DNA of 64,000 nt from an uncultured Bacilli bacterium (GTDB lineage: Bacteria > Bacillota_I > Bacilli_A > RF39 > UBA660). Within the stretch, counting starts at the first letter, position 1, and the number at the start of each line of letters is the position of its first letter. The position numbers and the translations under genes were made by a program. Of this stretch, positions 29,908 to 39,899 are shown one piece after another. A model generated the notes under the pieces. That model did no database searches. It saw only the letters and a program-made list of their open reading frames with translations, and was not told the DNA's origin. The stretch is taken from the NCBI GenBank assembly GCA_934086955.1, contig CAKOIN010000002.1, forward strand, positions 73,401 to 137,400, given 5' to 3'.

Positions 29908-30374
29908 TGAAAAATATACTAAATGTAATAAGAATTATCATAATTATATATTTAATTTTATTCACAGCTATAATGGTATCAATATATACAAAAAGGAAAG
30001 TATATAATGATCAGTTTCCAACTGTATTTGGCTATACATATTTAAAAATTGATAATGATTTATATGAACCAGATATTAAAAAAGGAAATATAATTATACT
30101 TGAAAGAACTAAAGCAATTGATGAAGGCGATTATGTAATGTATAAATACACAAATGATGCTAAATTTGGAAAAGTTAGTAAAGTTGATAAATACAAAGTT
30201 TATATAAAAGATGATAATGGAAAATTAAATGAATATGATCTACAAAATGTATATGGAAAAATGATATATAATAATGATAAATTTAGTAGTGTAATGAATA
30301 TACTTACTAACTGGATAGTTTTAGTAGTTTTATTATTTGCTGGAACAATTCTTCCTGAATTAATATTTAATTAG
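29907..30374 (+). CDS. SipW/S26B-like signal peptidase homolog, apparently lacking the catalytic Ser and His
   Basis: N- and C-terminal TM helices. It aligns by eye to SipW, with SGSMEP replaced by NDLYEP and THRI replaced by FGKV. The start overlaps the SecA-like stop (TAATG). Confidence 0.5.
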   Translation: MKNILNVIRIIIIIYLILFTAIMVSIYTKRKVYNDQFPTVFGYTYLKIDNDLYEPDIKKGNIIILERTKAIDEGDYVMYKYTNDAKFGKVSKVDKYKVYIKDDNGKLNEYDLQNVYGKMIYNNDKFSSVMNILTNWIVLVVLLFAGTILPELIFN

Positions 30375-30398
30375 CATCATACTTGATACAAAGTAAAC

Positions 30399-30438
30399 AA
30401 GAGATAACATTTGTATATAAAATGTAAATCTCTTTTTT
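30399..30438 (+). terminator. intrinsic terminator
   Basis: Outer stem AAGAGAT/ATCTCTT with an inner helix, followed by a T-run. Confidence 0.5.
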
Positions 30439-30590
30439 ATTACAATAACTGCAGGTAAATATGAAAAGAAAGATGTATCAACTGTAAATTTACAACTTTA
30501 CAATTGAAAACAATATGTAAATATAAAAAATAGTAATAATGCAGGAATAAACTCATATATTTTAGTAGTAAACTAGAAAGTGGGTAAAAT

Positions 30591-32066
30591 ATGGATAAAA
30601 GTGAAGTTATTAAAAGTTTAGGTAAAAAATCTAATGGCGAAATTTACTTAGGAGTAGTTGGTGCTGTTAGAACCGGGAAAAGTACATTTATTAAAAAATG
30701 TATAGAAACATTAATTCTTCCTTATATGGAAGATACAGATGAAAAGAAAAGATGTATGGATGAAATTCCACAGACAGCACAAGGAAAAACAATTATGACT
30801 GTTGAACCTAAATTTGTTCCATCATCAGGAGCAAGTATAAATATAGATGGTCTTGTAACTAATATAAAATTAGTTGATTGTGTTGGATATGTAACACCAG
30901 AATCAGTAGGCTATGAAGATGAACTTGGAAATCCTAGAATGGTAAAAACACCTTGGTTTCCAGAAGAAGTACCATTTGTGGAAGCCGCTTCAATTGGTAC
31001 TGAAAAAGTAATTAGAGATCATGCCACTATTGGTATTGTTGTATCAACAGATGGATCAATATTAGGGCTTCCTAGAAGTAATTATGTAGAAGCAGAAGAA
31101 AAAGTAATAACTGAATTAAAAGAAATAAATAAACCATTTATAGTAATTATGAATAGTACACATCCAAATAGTCCAGAAACTAAAACAATCGCAACAGCTC
31201 TTTCAAAAAAACATAATGTACCTGTAATACCAATTAGTGTAGAAGATATGAATATAGACGATATAACATCAGTATTAAAAGAAGCATTATATGAGTTTCC
31301 AGTTTCACATATTGAATTTAAAATTCCAGATTGGGTAGCGGTACTTAAAAATACACATCCATTAAAACAAAAATTCTTAAATAAAATGAAAGAATCTGTA
31401 GTAAATGTAGATAAACTAAGAGATGTAGAAAATATTAATATAGATTTACAAGATACAAAAGAAATTACAAAAGCATATGTTTCATCTTTAAATACAGAAG
31501 AAGATCTTGTCACTATAACATTAGATGCTGATGATAATTTATTTGACGATATATTAAAAGAAGTAGTAGGCTCTTCAATTAACAGTAAAGGTGAATTACT
31601 AAAAGTATTTCAAGATGTAAGTGAAGGAAGAAGTGAATATGAAAGTATAAAAGGTGCTTTAAAACAAGTGTATCAAACTGGGTATGGAATAGTTCTTCCA
31701 AGAATAACAGATATGAAACTTGATAAACCAGAAATAATTAAACAAGGTGGAAGATTTGGAATTAAACTAAAAGCAAAAGCATCTAGTGTACATATGATAA
31801 AAGTAGATGTAGAAAGTAGTTTTGAACCAATTATAGGTAGTGAAGTTCAAAGTAAAGAATTAATAGATTATATTATGAAAGATGAAGAAAATCCTGAAAA
31901 AATATGGCAAAGTGAAATATTTGGTAGAAGTCTAAATGAAATAGTTCAAGAAGGTATTCAAGCAAAATTATCATTACTTCCTGATGCAGCTAAATACAAA
32001 CTATCTCAAACAATAACTAAAATGGTTAATAAAGGAAGCAATAATCTAATAGCAATAGTCTTGTAA
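30591..32066 (+). CDS. spoIVA: stage IV sporulation protein A
   Basis: Typical SpoIVA features: N-terminal GVVGAVRTGKSTFIKK (Walker A), a length of 491 aa and the C-terminal ...NNLIAIVL. Confidence 0.9.
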   Translation: MDKSEVIKSLGKKSNGEIYLGVVGAVRTGKSTFIKKCIETLILPYMEDTDEKKRCMDEIPQTAQGKTIMTVEPKFVPSSGASINIDGLVTNIKLVDCVGYVTPESVGYEDELGNPRMVKTPWFPEEVPFVEAASIGTEKVIRDHATIGIVVSTDGSILGLPRSNYVEAEEKVITELKEINKPFIVIMNSTHPNSPETKTIATALSKKHNVPVIPISVEDMNIDDITSVLKEALYEFPVSHIEFKIPDWVAVLKNTHPLKQKFLNKMKESVVNVDKLRDVENINIDLQDTKEITKAYVSSLNTEEDLVTITLDADDNLFDDILKEVVGSSINSKGELLKVFQDVSEGRSEYESIKGALKQVYQTGYGIVLPRITDMKLDKPEIIKQGGRFGIKLKAKASSVHMIKVDVESSFEPIIGSEVQSKELIDYIMKDEENPEKIWQSEIFGRSLNEIVQEGIQAKLSLLPDAAKYKLSQTITKMVNKGSNNLIAIVL

Positions 32067-32082
32067 ATAAGACTATTTTTTT
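32056..32082 (+). terminator. intrinsic terminator after spoIVA
   Basis: Stem TAGTCTT/AAGACTA followed by a T7 run. Confidence 0.65.
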
Positions 32083-32111
32083 GTATAATTTATTTGAAAG
32101 TAGGTAAACAA

Positions 32112-32588
32112 ATGGAAGAAAATAATAATCAAAGAAATAATCAAAACCAAGAAATGAATGTTTTAACAAATGAGGAAATACAAAATATAACAGTAGATGA
32201 AAATATTGTAACTCCTGTAAATATTGATGAACCTCAAAATACAGTGGCTCCAAGTGTTGAAGTAACTCCAAATAATACAACTACACAAGTAGAAAATAAG
32301 CCAAAACCAAAAAAGAAAAAAAGTTTTATATCAAAAGTAATTAATTTAATTATATGGCTTGCTGTACTTGGTTGGGTAGGAATATTAGTTTATGATTTTA
32401 TAAATGTTTTAAGAGAAAAAGAACCAATGTTTTGTTTAGAAAAAACTACTGAAACAACTAGTGATGGTACTGTTAATATTTGTGAAGGAGTAGGATATAA
32501 AGTATTTAACTACGACTATGGAAGTTTAAAAGCATTAGAATTTGCTCCATTTTGGAATAAACCTAAAACAGCAGAAGAATTAAAATAA
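32112..32588 (+). CDS. membrane-anchored hypothetical protein
   Basis: A low-complexity N-terminus, a single TM helix (LIIWLAVLGWVGILVY) and a small extracytoplasmic domain. The start is uncertain (32094 or 32112). Confidence 0.45.
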   Translation: MEENNNQRNNQNQEMNVLTNEEIQNITVDENIVTPVNIDEPQNTVAPSVEVTPNNTTTQVENKPKPKKKKSFISKVINLIIWLAVLGWVGILVYDFINVLREKEPMFCLEKTTETTSDGTVNICEGVGYKVFNYDYGSLKALEFAPFWNKPKTAEELK

Positions 32589-32612
32589 TGAAAGAAGTTT
32601 CTTTCATTTTTT
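32589..32612 (+). terminator. intrinsic terminator
   Basis: Stem TGAAAGA/TCTTTCA followed by a T-run. Confidence 0.6.
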
Positions 32613-32615
32613 ATT

Positions 32616-32642
32616 TAAAAAAGAAGTGTTTTATCATTTTAT
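32616..32642. repeat. 27-nt exact intergenic repeat, copy 2
   Basis: Identical to 22787-22813. It also sits immediately 3' of a terminator. Confidence 0.9.
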
Positions 32643-32668
32643 CACTTATATAATAATAAGGAGGAAAA

Positions 32669-32851
32669 ATGTATAAATATATAAGATGTTACAAAATGGG
32701 ATATGAAGAAGGATATCAAACAGCAAAATTAGATCAAAAAAATAGAAAAATAAGAAAATTTATAGAGATAGATGATTATCTAATAATGGCAAAGATTTAT
32801 GATGCTGGATTTATTGCTGGATATAATAATTATTTAAAAAATATACTTTAA
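32669..32851 (+). CDS. small hypothetical protein (60 aa)
   Basis: Strong RBS (AAGGAGG). No recognisable domain. Confidence 0.35.
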   Translation: MYKYIRCYKMGYEEGYQTAKLDQKNRKIRKFIEIDDYLIMAKIYDAGFIAGYNNYLKNIL

Positions 32852-32898
32852 AATAAAATTTAATTATTGTATAATAAAAATATAATAAGGAGTTTGAT

Positions 32899-33357
32899 AT
32901 GAATAAAAATGGATTTACATTAATGGAACTCTTAGTAGTTATATCAATTTTAGTTATAACAAGTGTATCAGCAACACTTGTATTTGATACAGCAACATCA
33001 AGTACAGAAAAAGAAGATACAAGAAGATTATATGTTAATATTCAAAAAACAGGAGAAGTATATTTAGATTTAAATGATTCATGGATGAACTCATTTAATG
33101 AAAAAGGAGAAGTATATTTAAAAGTAAGTGAACTTGAAAATGCAAACTATTATAACTCTACCTACGAGGGAATTAAAACAAACAAAAAGATATCTGGAAA
33201 CTATTTTGTAAAAGTATTTGTAAATAAAAAATCTAATTTATCATATGTAGATACTTGCTTAATTTCTTATGATAAATCAAATCAGACACACTGTATCGCA
33301 GATAGAAATGGAAACTCTGATAATTGTGACTATAACACAAAATGTGTAGCATTCTAA
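32899..33357 (+). CDS. prepilin-type N-terminal cleavage/methylation domain protein (pilin/pseudopilin)
   Basis: N-terminal MNKNGFTLMELLVVISILVI. Confidence 0.7.
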   Translation: MNKNGFTLMELLVVISILVITSVSATLVFDTATSSTEKEDTRRLYVNIQKTGEVYLDLNDSWMNSFNEKGEVYLKVSELENANYYNSTYEGIKTNKKISGNYFVKVFVNKKSNLSYVDTCLISYDKSNQTHCIADRNGNSDNCDYNTKCVAF

Positions 33358-33465
33358 AAACACAAACATTTTTTTGTAAAAATATTGACATTAAATATTA
33401 AATATTATATATTTGTACATGTATAATATTTTTTATTTGATTAAAAATATTTAGTGAGGTTCATT

Positions 33466-36279
33466 ATGGATAAAATAATAATAAAAAATGCAAGAGAAAA
33501 CAATTTAAAAAATATAAATTTAGAGTTACCTAAAAACAAACTTATTGTTATGACAGGAGTATCAGGAAGTGGTAAAAGTAGTTTAGCATTTGATACTATC
33601 TATGCAGAAGGTCAAAGAAGATATGTTGAAAGTTTAAGTGCCTATGCAAGACAATTCTTAGGTAATATGAATAAACCAGAAGTTGATTCAATAGAAGGAC
33701 TTAGTCCAAGTATTAGTATTGATCAAAAATCAACTAATAAGAATCCCAGAAGTACTGTTGGAACAATAACAGAAATATATGATTATTTAAGACTTTTATT
33801 TGCAAGAGTTGGAACTCCATACTGTAAAAATCATAATATACCAGTTACAGAACAAAGTATAGAAGAAATGACAAATAAAGTTTTAGAATATCCAGTTGGA
33901 ACTAAAATAGAAATAATGTCACCTGTAGTTCACGGAGAAAAAGGAACTCATAAAGACTTATTATTAGACCTTAGAAAAGAAGGCTTTGTAAGAGCGAGAA
34001 TAGACTCAGAAATAAGAGATTTAAATGATGATATTATATTAGAAAAAAATATAAAACATAATATAGATATAGTAGTAGATAGAATTGTTATAAAGGAAGA
34101 TTCTAGAAGTAGAATATTTGAAGGCATAGAAACATCTACTAAAATGGCTAATGGTAAAGTTGTTATAAACATAATTGGAGAAAAAGAAATAGTTATGAGT
34201 GAAAACTATGCTTGTCCATTATGTGATTTTAGTTTACCAGAATTAGAACCAAGATTATTTTCATTTAATAGTCCATATGGAGCTTGTCCAGTTTGTAAAG
34301 GATTAGGAGTTAATCTACATATAGATGAAGATATATTAATACCTGATAAAAATCTATCTATAATGGATGGAGCTATTGCATCATTTCAAAGTGGTGAAAC
34401 ATTAAACATAGCATATAAAAAACTAAAATTAGTAGCAGAACATTATGGAATAGATTTATATAAACCAGTTAAGGATTTAACAAGAAAAGAGCTAGATATA
34501 ATCTTATACAAAAGCCCAGACAGATTAGATTTATCATTAACTACTAGAAGTGGAAGTACATTAAAAAGCTATGATTATTTCGAAGGAGTTATAACTAATC
34601 TAGAAAGAAGATATATGGAAACAACTAGTCCTCAAATAAGAGATTGGATTAGTAGGTATATGACAGAACTTCCATGTCCAGCTTGTCATCAAACAAGACT
34701 TAGAGATGAAGCATTAAGTGTAAGAATTAATAATAAAAACATATATGAAATAACTTGTTTGAGTATAAGAGATTTAATAGAATTCTTTGATAAATTAAAA
34801 CTTAATAAAGAACAAACAGAAGTATCTTTCCTAATAATTAAAGAAATAACAGAAAGATTAAACTTCTTAAAAAATGTTGGTCTTGAATACCTATCATTAA
34901 ATAGAGAAGCAGCAACTTTAAGTGGTGGAGAAGCACAAAGAATAAGACTAGCCACTCAAATAGGAAGTAGACTTTCAGGAATACTTTATGTACTTGATGA
35001 ACCTTCAATCGGACTTCATCAAAGAGATAATCAAAGATTAATTGATTCATTAAAAGAAATGAGAGATTTAGGTAATACCTTAATAGTTGTAGAGCATGAT
35101 ACAGACACAATGTTACAAGCAGATTATTTAGTTGATATTGGTCCAAAAGCAGGTACTGAAGGTGGATATTTAGTTGCAAAAGGTACACCAGAAGAAGTAA
35201 TGAAAAACGATAAGAGTATCACAGGTAGATACCTTTCTGGTAAAGAAAAAATAGAAGTACCAAAGAAGAGAAGAAAAGGAAATGGTAAATCTATTAAATT
35301 AACAGGATGTAAAGAAAATAACTTAAAAAATATATCAGTAGAATTTCCACTAGGTAAATTTATTTGTGTAACAGGAGTATCTGGTAGTGGAAAAAGTACA
35401 CTTGTAAATGAAATATTATGTAAGATATTATCAAGTACAATAAATAAATCAAAAGAAAAACCAGGTAAATATAAAGCAGTTAAAGGTATAGAAAATGTAG
35501 ATAAAATAGTAAATATTACACAAGATCCAATAGGTAGAACACCAAGAAGTAACCCAGCAACATACACTGGAGTATTTGATAGTATTCGTGATGTATTTGC
35601 AAGCACAAAAGAAGCTAAAATAAGAGGATATGATAAAAGTAGATTTAGTTTTAATGTAAAAGGTGGAAGATGTGAAGCTTGTAGTGGAGATGGTGTTAAA
35701 AAGATAGAGATGCATTTCTTACCAGATGTTTATGTGCCTTGTGATGTTTGTAATGCTACTAGATACAACAAAGAAACATTAAAAATAAAATTTAAAGGAT
35801 TAAATATTGCAGAAGTATTAAATACTAGAGTACATGAAGCATTAAGTATATTTGAAAATGTTCCAAAAGTATATAAAACATTAAAAATAATGGAAGAAGT
35901 TGGACTTGGATATGTACAACTTGGGCAAAGTGCTGTAACTTTATCTGGTGGTGAAGCATCAAGAGTTAAATTAGCAAAAGAATTGCAAAAGAAGCCAACA
36001 GGAAAAAGTGTATTTATATTAGATGAACCATCAACTGGATTACACCAAGATGATATTAAAAAATTACTTGTTATATTAAATAGAATAGTTGATAATGGCG
36101 ATACTGTAATAGTAATCGAACACAACTTAGATATAATAAAACAAGCAGATTATATTATTGATTTAGGACCAGAAGGTGGAGATTTTGGTGGAACAATTGT
36201 AGCTACTGGAACACCAGAAGAAATATGCAAAGTAAAAGAATCATGGACAGGTAAATATTTAAAAGATTATTTGAAGTAG
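33466..36279 (+). CDS. uvrA: excinuclease ABC subunit A
   Basis: Two ABC modules (GVSGSGKSSLAFDT; GVSGSGKSTLV) with LSGGEAQR and LSGGEASR signatures, plus Zn-finger cysteines. Confidence 0.95.
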   Translation: MDKIIIKNARENNLKNINLELPKNKLIVMTGVSGSGKSSLAFDTIYAEGQRRYVESLSAYARQFLGNMNKPEVDSIEGLSPSISIDQKSTNKNPRSTVGTITEIYDYLRLLFARVGTPYCKNHNIPVTEQSIEEMTNKVLEYPVGTKIEIMSPVVHGEKGTHKDLLLDLRKEGFVRARIDSEIRDLNDDIILEKNIKHNIDIVVDRIVIKEDSRSRIFEGIETSTKMANGKVVINIIGEKEIVMSENYACPLCDFSLPELEPRLFSFNSPYGACPVCKGLGVNLHIDEDILIPDKNLSIMDGAIASFQSGETLNIAYKKLKLVAEHYGIDLYKPVKDLTRKELDIILYKSPDRLDLSLTTRSGSTLKSYDYFEGVITNLERRYMETTSPQIRDWISRYMTELPCPACHQTRLRDEALSVRINNKNIYEITCLSIRDLIEFFDKLKLNKEQTEVSFLIIKEITERLNFLKNVGLEYLSLNREAATLSGGEAQRIRLATQIGSRLSGILYVLDEPSIGLHQRDNQRLIDSLKEMRDLGNTLIVVEHDTDTMLQADYLVDIGPKAGTEGGYLVAKGTPEEVMKNDKSITGRYLSGKEKIEVPKKRRKGNGKSIKLTGCKENNLKNISVEFPLGKFICVTGVSGSGKSTLVNEILCKILSSTINKSKEKPGKYKAVKGIENVDKIVNITQDPIGRTPRSNPATYTGVFDSIRDVFASTKEAKIRGYDKSRFSFNVKGGRCEACSGDGVKKIEMHFLPDVYVPCDVCNATRYNKETLKIKFKGLNIAEVLNTRVHEALSIFENVPKVYKTLKIMEEVGLGYVQLGQSAVTLSGGEASRVKLAKELQKKPTGKSVFILDEPSTGLHQDDIKKLLVILNRIVDNGDTVIVIEHNLDIIKQADYIIDLGPEGGDFGGTIVATGTPEEICKVKESWTGKYLKDYLK

Positions 36280-36298
36280 ATTTTTCTACTTCTTTTTA
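36273..36298 (+). terminator. intrinsic terminator after uvrA
   Basis: Stem GAAGTAGA/TCTACTTC followed by a T-run. Confidence 0.7.
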
Positions 36299-36334
36299 TT
36301 TCTTTGTGTTATACTTTTAATAGGAGGATATAAA

Positions 36335-37138
36335 ATGGAAAAGTTTTTAGAAAAATTAGTAGATGGTTGCATAGATATATCTGCAAAACTATTATTAGCA
36401 ATAGTAATTTTAGCTATCGGAAGTAAATTAATCAAAATAATAGAAAATAATCTTAGAAAAGAAAATAAATTAAAACATTTAGATGCATCAGTAAAAGGAT
36501 TTTTAATTAGTTTTATAACAATAACATCAAAAATAGTTTTATTTATTGTTATTTTACATATTTTAGGAGTACCAACAGCTTCAATAATAACAGTATTTGG
36601 TTCTTGTGCAGTAGCAGTAGGTTTAGCACTTCAAGGTGGTTTATCTAATATTGCAGGTGGACTTATGATCCTTATATTTAAACCATTTAAAGTTGGAGAT
36701 TATATAGAAGTTAGTGGAAAAGAAGGAACAGTTAAATCAATAACTATGTTCTATACAACAATAACAACATTTGATAATAAATTAATACAACTTCCAAATG
36801 GAAACTTATCTAATTCAAACATAACAAACTATACAGCAAATAAAAAGAGAAGAGTTGATATTGATATATCAGTTTCTTATAGTAGTGATATAGATAAAGT
36901 TAAAAAAGTTATTAACCAATTAATATCAAAAAACGAATTAGTATTGCAAGAAGAAAATAACTATGTAAAATTATCTAAACATGATGATTCAGCTTTAGTA
37001 TTTGCAGTGAGAGTATGGACAAAAACTGATAATTATTGGGATTTATATTTTGATTTAATGGAAAGTATTAAAAAAACACTTGATAAGAATAAAATTGAAA
37101 TACCTTTCCCACAAATGGATGTACATATTAATAAGTAA
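36335..37138 (+). CDS. mscS: small-conductance mechanosensitive channel
   Basis: Three TM helices followed by GGLMILIFKPFKVGDYIEV...TTFDNKLIQLPN. Confidence 0.85.
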   Translation: MEKFLEKLVDGCIDISAKLLLAIVILAIGSKLIKIIENNLRKENKLKHLDASVKGFLISFITITSKIVLFIVILHILGVPTASIITVFGSCAVAVGLALQGGLSNIAGGLMILIFKPFKVGDYIEVSGKEGTVKSITMFYTTITTFDNKLIQLPNGNLSNSNITNYTANKKRRVDIDISVSYSSDIDKVKKVINQLISKNELVLQEENNYVKLSKHDDSALVFAVRVWTKTDNYWDLYFDLMESIKKTLDKNKIEIPFPQMDVHINK

Positions 37139-37165
37139 AAAAGTTATAAAAAATAACTTTTTTTA
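37139..37165 (+). terminator. intrinsic terminator
   Basis: Stem AAGTTAT/ATAACTT followed by a T-run. Confidence 0.6.
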
Positions 37166-37228
37166 ATTAGATATTTATGTTAAAATATTATAGTAGATAC
37201 AGTAACTAGTTAGTTGGAGATGGTATAA

Positions 37229-38572
37229 GTGAATGATAAAGAATTTATAAAAATTAGAAATCAAATAGCAAATAAACTTTATGCTTTAGTTGCAAATGAG
37301 TATAATGAGTGTTTATCATTTTCAAATAAAGCAAAAACTAATAAATCACTTACATCAATAGCTAAAATGAAAAATGAAAATTATAGTTTAATGACAAATT
37401 ACTATAATCAAATAAGACAATGCAAATCAAGAACAGAATTAAATACTATTAGAGCAAAAATAGTCGCAAAAGTAGCAGAAATTAGACAAGCATATAAAGA
37501 ACTAGCAACAAAAAAAGCAACATCACAAAATAAAGATTTAATAACTGAACAAATGGAAGCTTTAAGATTAGCTAACTTATTTATGTATAACTTTGTTAAT
37601 GAAATGGATGCTCCGTTTAAACAACAAACGGAAGAAAAAAGAGAAACAGTAACTCACATAAATACACCAATACCAACAGTTAAAAAACAAGAAAGAACTG
37701 TAACTCCTACAGAAAGAAAACCAGAAATAAAACAACAAACACCTAAGACATATCAAACAGATCCAAATCTATATAGAGACAATGATATAAAAAATATAGA
37801 AATAATTAATAGAGCAATATGTCAACTTAAAGAAAAATATTATAGTTTAAATCAATACAGTGTAGAAGCAAAAGAATTAAGAAAAAAGATATATGCATAT
37901 TCTGTTAGAAGAGAAGAAGGTATAAGAAGAATCTGCGGTAATGAAGGCATTAAATTATTATTAAATGTTGAAAGTATAGAAGATAGCATTTATTCAAAAC
38001 CATTATTAGTTACGAGAAAGCCATATAGAATATCAACATCAAGTTATATGGCAAGATTAAATGGATTAATATCTGCAATAAGCGATTTGAAATGTAAAGG
38101 ATATGATAGTAAATACTATAAAGGTCCAAAAGGCGATTATAAAGTATTTAATAAATTATTAGATGCATCAATCGCGGAATATCATAATATGATTATGGCC
38201 GTTGCTGATGTTAGTCAAAAACCTGGAATAATTAAAACATCAAATGATATACTATCACTATTAAATATATATAATATAGATGGAGATTATACAAAATTTA
38301 AAGATATTAATAATGGTGGAATGGTTGGTGGAGAAAGAATATCAATCGAAGCCTATAGAGAAGGTGTTAACAGAATAAATGGAATGATTGATACAATTAG
38401 ACAGCAATCCTCTCTAGCAATAAAATCAAACGGAGGAGCAATCACAGTTAAAGATCGTTCTAATGCTAGAAGTGAAGACGAAAAGCATCTTCAAATAGCA
38501 AAAGAAGAATTATATAGAAAATATTTAGCAAGCAAAAAAGAAATGTTAAGTCAAGGAACTATAAGAAAATAA
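37229..38572 (+). CDS. hypothetical soluble protein (447 aa) upstream of the sigma paralog cluster
   Basis: GTG start behind GGAGA. No TM helix and no recognisable domain. A central T/P/K/Q-rich linker is present. Confidence 0.5.
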   Translation: MNDKEFIKIRNQIANKLYALVANEYNECLSFSNKAKTNKSLTSIAKMKNENYSLMTNYYNQIRQCKSRTELNTIRAKIVAKVAEIRQAYKELATKKATSQNKDLITEQMEALRLANLFMYNFVNEMDAPFKQQTEEKRETVTHINTPIPTVKKQERTVTPTERKPEIKQQTPKTYQTDPNLYRDNDIKNIEIINRAICQLKEKYYSLNQYSVEAKELRKKIYAYSVRREEGIRRICGNEGIKLLLNVESIEDSIYSKPLLVTRKPYRISTSSYMARLNGLISAISDLKCKGYDSKYYKGPKGDYKVFNKLLDASIAEYHNMIMAVADVSQKPGIIKTSNDILSLLNIYNIDGDYTKFKDINNGGMVGGERISIEAYREGVNRINGMIDTIRQQSSLAIKSNGGAITVKDRSNARSEDEKHLQIAKEELYRKYLASKKEMLSQGTIRK

Positions 38573-38593
38573 AGCAACTAAGGTTGCTTTTTA
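38572..38593 (+). terminator. intrinsic terminator
   Basis: Stem AGCAAC/GTTGCT followed by a T-run. Confidence 0.6.
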
Positions 38594-38610
38594 CTTTTAA
38601 AAATAACTGA

Positions 38611-38639
38611 TTGCATTTTTGATACAAATATGTTACAAT
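38611..38639 (+). promoter_or_regulatory. promoter of sigma paralogs 1-2
   Basis: TTGCAT-17-TACAAT with an upstream TG. It is nearly identical to 41150-41178. Confidence 0.6.
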
Positions 38640-38664
38640 ATACGGACATTTGGGGGAAAAGAAT

Positions 38665-39867
38665 ATGAAAAAAGAAATAAACGATTTTATAATGCAAAAT
38701 TTTATTGATGGACCAACAGCAGAACAATTAAAAAATTGTAAGAAATTAATTGAATTTTTAAATTCTAAAAAATATACATTAAATTTTAAAACTACTCAAG
38801 AACTTTTATTAGAAAATATGCAATTAAATAAATTAGCTGCAATTTTAAATGAACTTATTGAAAAAGGCGATATTGATTTAGTTAATAATGAAAATGTTAG
38901 TATGATTGTATCTGCATATTATTTAATGAATAATAAAGAAGAAACAGAACAAGAAGAAAAAGATGATGATTTTGATTATACAAAGTTTGATGTAAGTGAT
39001 GTTGATAATGTTAAATTATATTTAAGAGAAATAGGAACAATCAAATTATTAACTGCTGATGAAGAAATAGAATTAGGAAAAAAAATATCAATGGGAGACG
39101 AAGAAGCTAAAAAGAAATTAGCTGAAAGTAATTTAAGATTAGTAGTTTCTATTGCAAAAAGATATAATGGATCATCAGGTTCTTTAACTATACTTGATTT
39201 AATACAAGAAGGTAATATTGGATTAATGAAAGCAGTTGAAAGATATGATTATAGTTTAGGTTTTAGATTTAGTACTTATGCTACTTGGTGGATTAAACAA
39301 GGAATTTCAAGAGCAATATCAGATCAATCAAGAACAATAAGAATCCCATCTCATTTATATGAACAAGTTAGAAAGATGGATGTTGTTATCTCTAGATATG
39401 TAGGTAATTATGGTGTAGAACCAACTGATCAAATGTTAGCAGATATGTTTGATGTGTCAGTTGAAACAATAAGAGAAAGAAAAGTAATAATGCAAGATAC
39501 ATTATCTTTATCTCAACCTATTAGAACAAATGATACAGAAGATAGTGAAGAATTAGGAGCATTCATAAAAGATCCTAATGTTAATGATGAAGATTTTACA
39601 GATGAAGTATATTATAAAGATTTTTTAGCAGCTGTATTCGAAAGAGGTCCTTTAACAGAAAGAGAAAAAGAAATTATAAAATATAGATATGGACTTGGAC
39701 CTGATGGAAGAAGATACACACTAGAAGAAGTAGGGAAAATATTTGGAATAACTAGAGAAAGAATTAGACAAATAGAAGGAAAAGCTCTTAGAAAACTAAA
39801 AAAAAGTAGAGAAGTAAGAAGTTATTGTCCAGAATCAAAAAAATTACAATTAGTAAACTATAGATAA
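38665..39867 (+). CDS. SigA/RpoD-like sigma-70 factor, paralog 1
   Basis: Regions 1.2 to 4.2 are present: [55 protein letters not shown] and [27 protein letters not shown]. The start was moved to ATG 38665. Confidence 0.85.
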   Translation: MKKEINDFIMQNFIDGPTAEQLKNCKKLIEFLNSKKYTLNFKTTQELLLENMQLNKLAAILNELIEKGDIDLVNNENVSMIVSAYYLMNNKEETEQEEKDDDFDYTKFDVSDVDNVKLYLREIGTIKLLTADEEIELGKKISMGDEEAKKKLAESNLRLVVSIAKRYNGSSGSLTILDLIQEGNIGLMKAVERYDYSLGFRFSTYATWWIKQGISRAISDQSRTIRIPSHLYEQVRKMDVVISRYVGNYGVEPTDQMLADMFDVSVETIRERKVIMQDTLSLSQPIRTNDTEDSEELGAFIKDPNVNDEDFTDEVYYKDFLAAVFERGPLTEREKEIIKYRYGLGPDGRRYTLEEVGKIFGITRERIRQIEGKALRKLKKSREVRSYCPESKKLQLVNYR

Positions 39868-39899
39868 AAACATTTTAATATAATAAAAGGGGAAAAAAT

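Noticed and set aside
30480-30590. A sigmaE-type sporulation promoter upstream of spoIVA (CATATATT as a possible -10).
   Set aside because: Only a partial -10 match and no convincing -35 at the right spacing. AT-rich DNA produces many such matches.
33385-33427. A possible LexA/DinR (Cheo) box near the uvrA promoter (TGTACATGTATA at 33414-33425).
   Set aside because: It does not match GAAC-N4-GTTC: the second half-site is absent and the first reads GTAC. It is only an AT-rich near-palindrome, and I cannot support it as an SOS operator.
440-36125. Many 60-160 aa ORFs antisense to or overlapping the large genes. Examples: 440..673, 767..988, 9478..9727, 10313..10606, 17514..18752, 31082..31513 and 34689..36125.
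   Set aside because: They lie inside well-supported genes on the opposite strand or in an alternative frame. They have biased, low-complexity L/F/S/I-rich composition typical of shadow ORFs in AT-rich DNA, and they lack RBSs.
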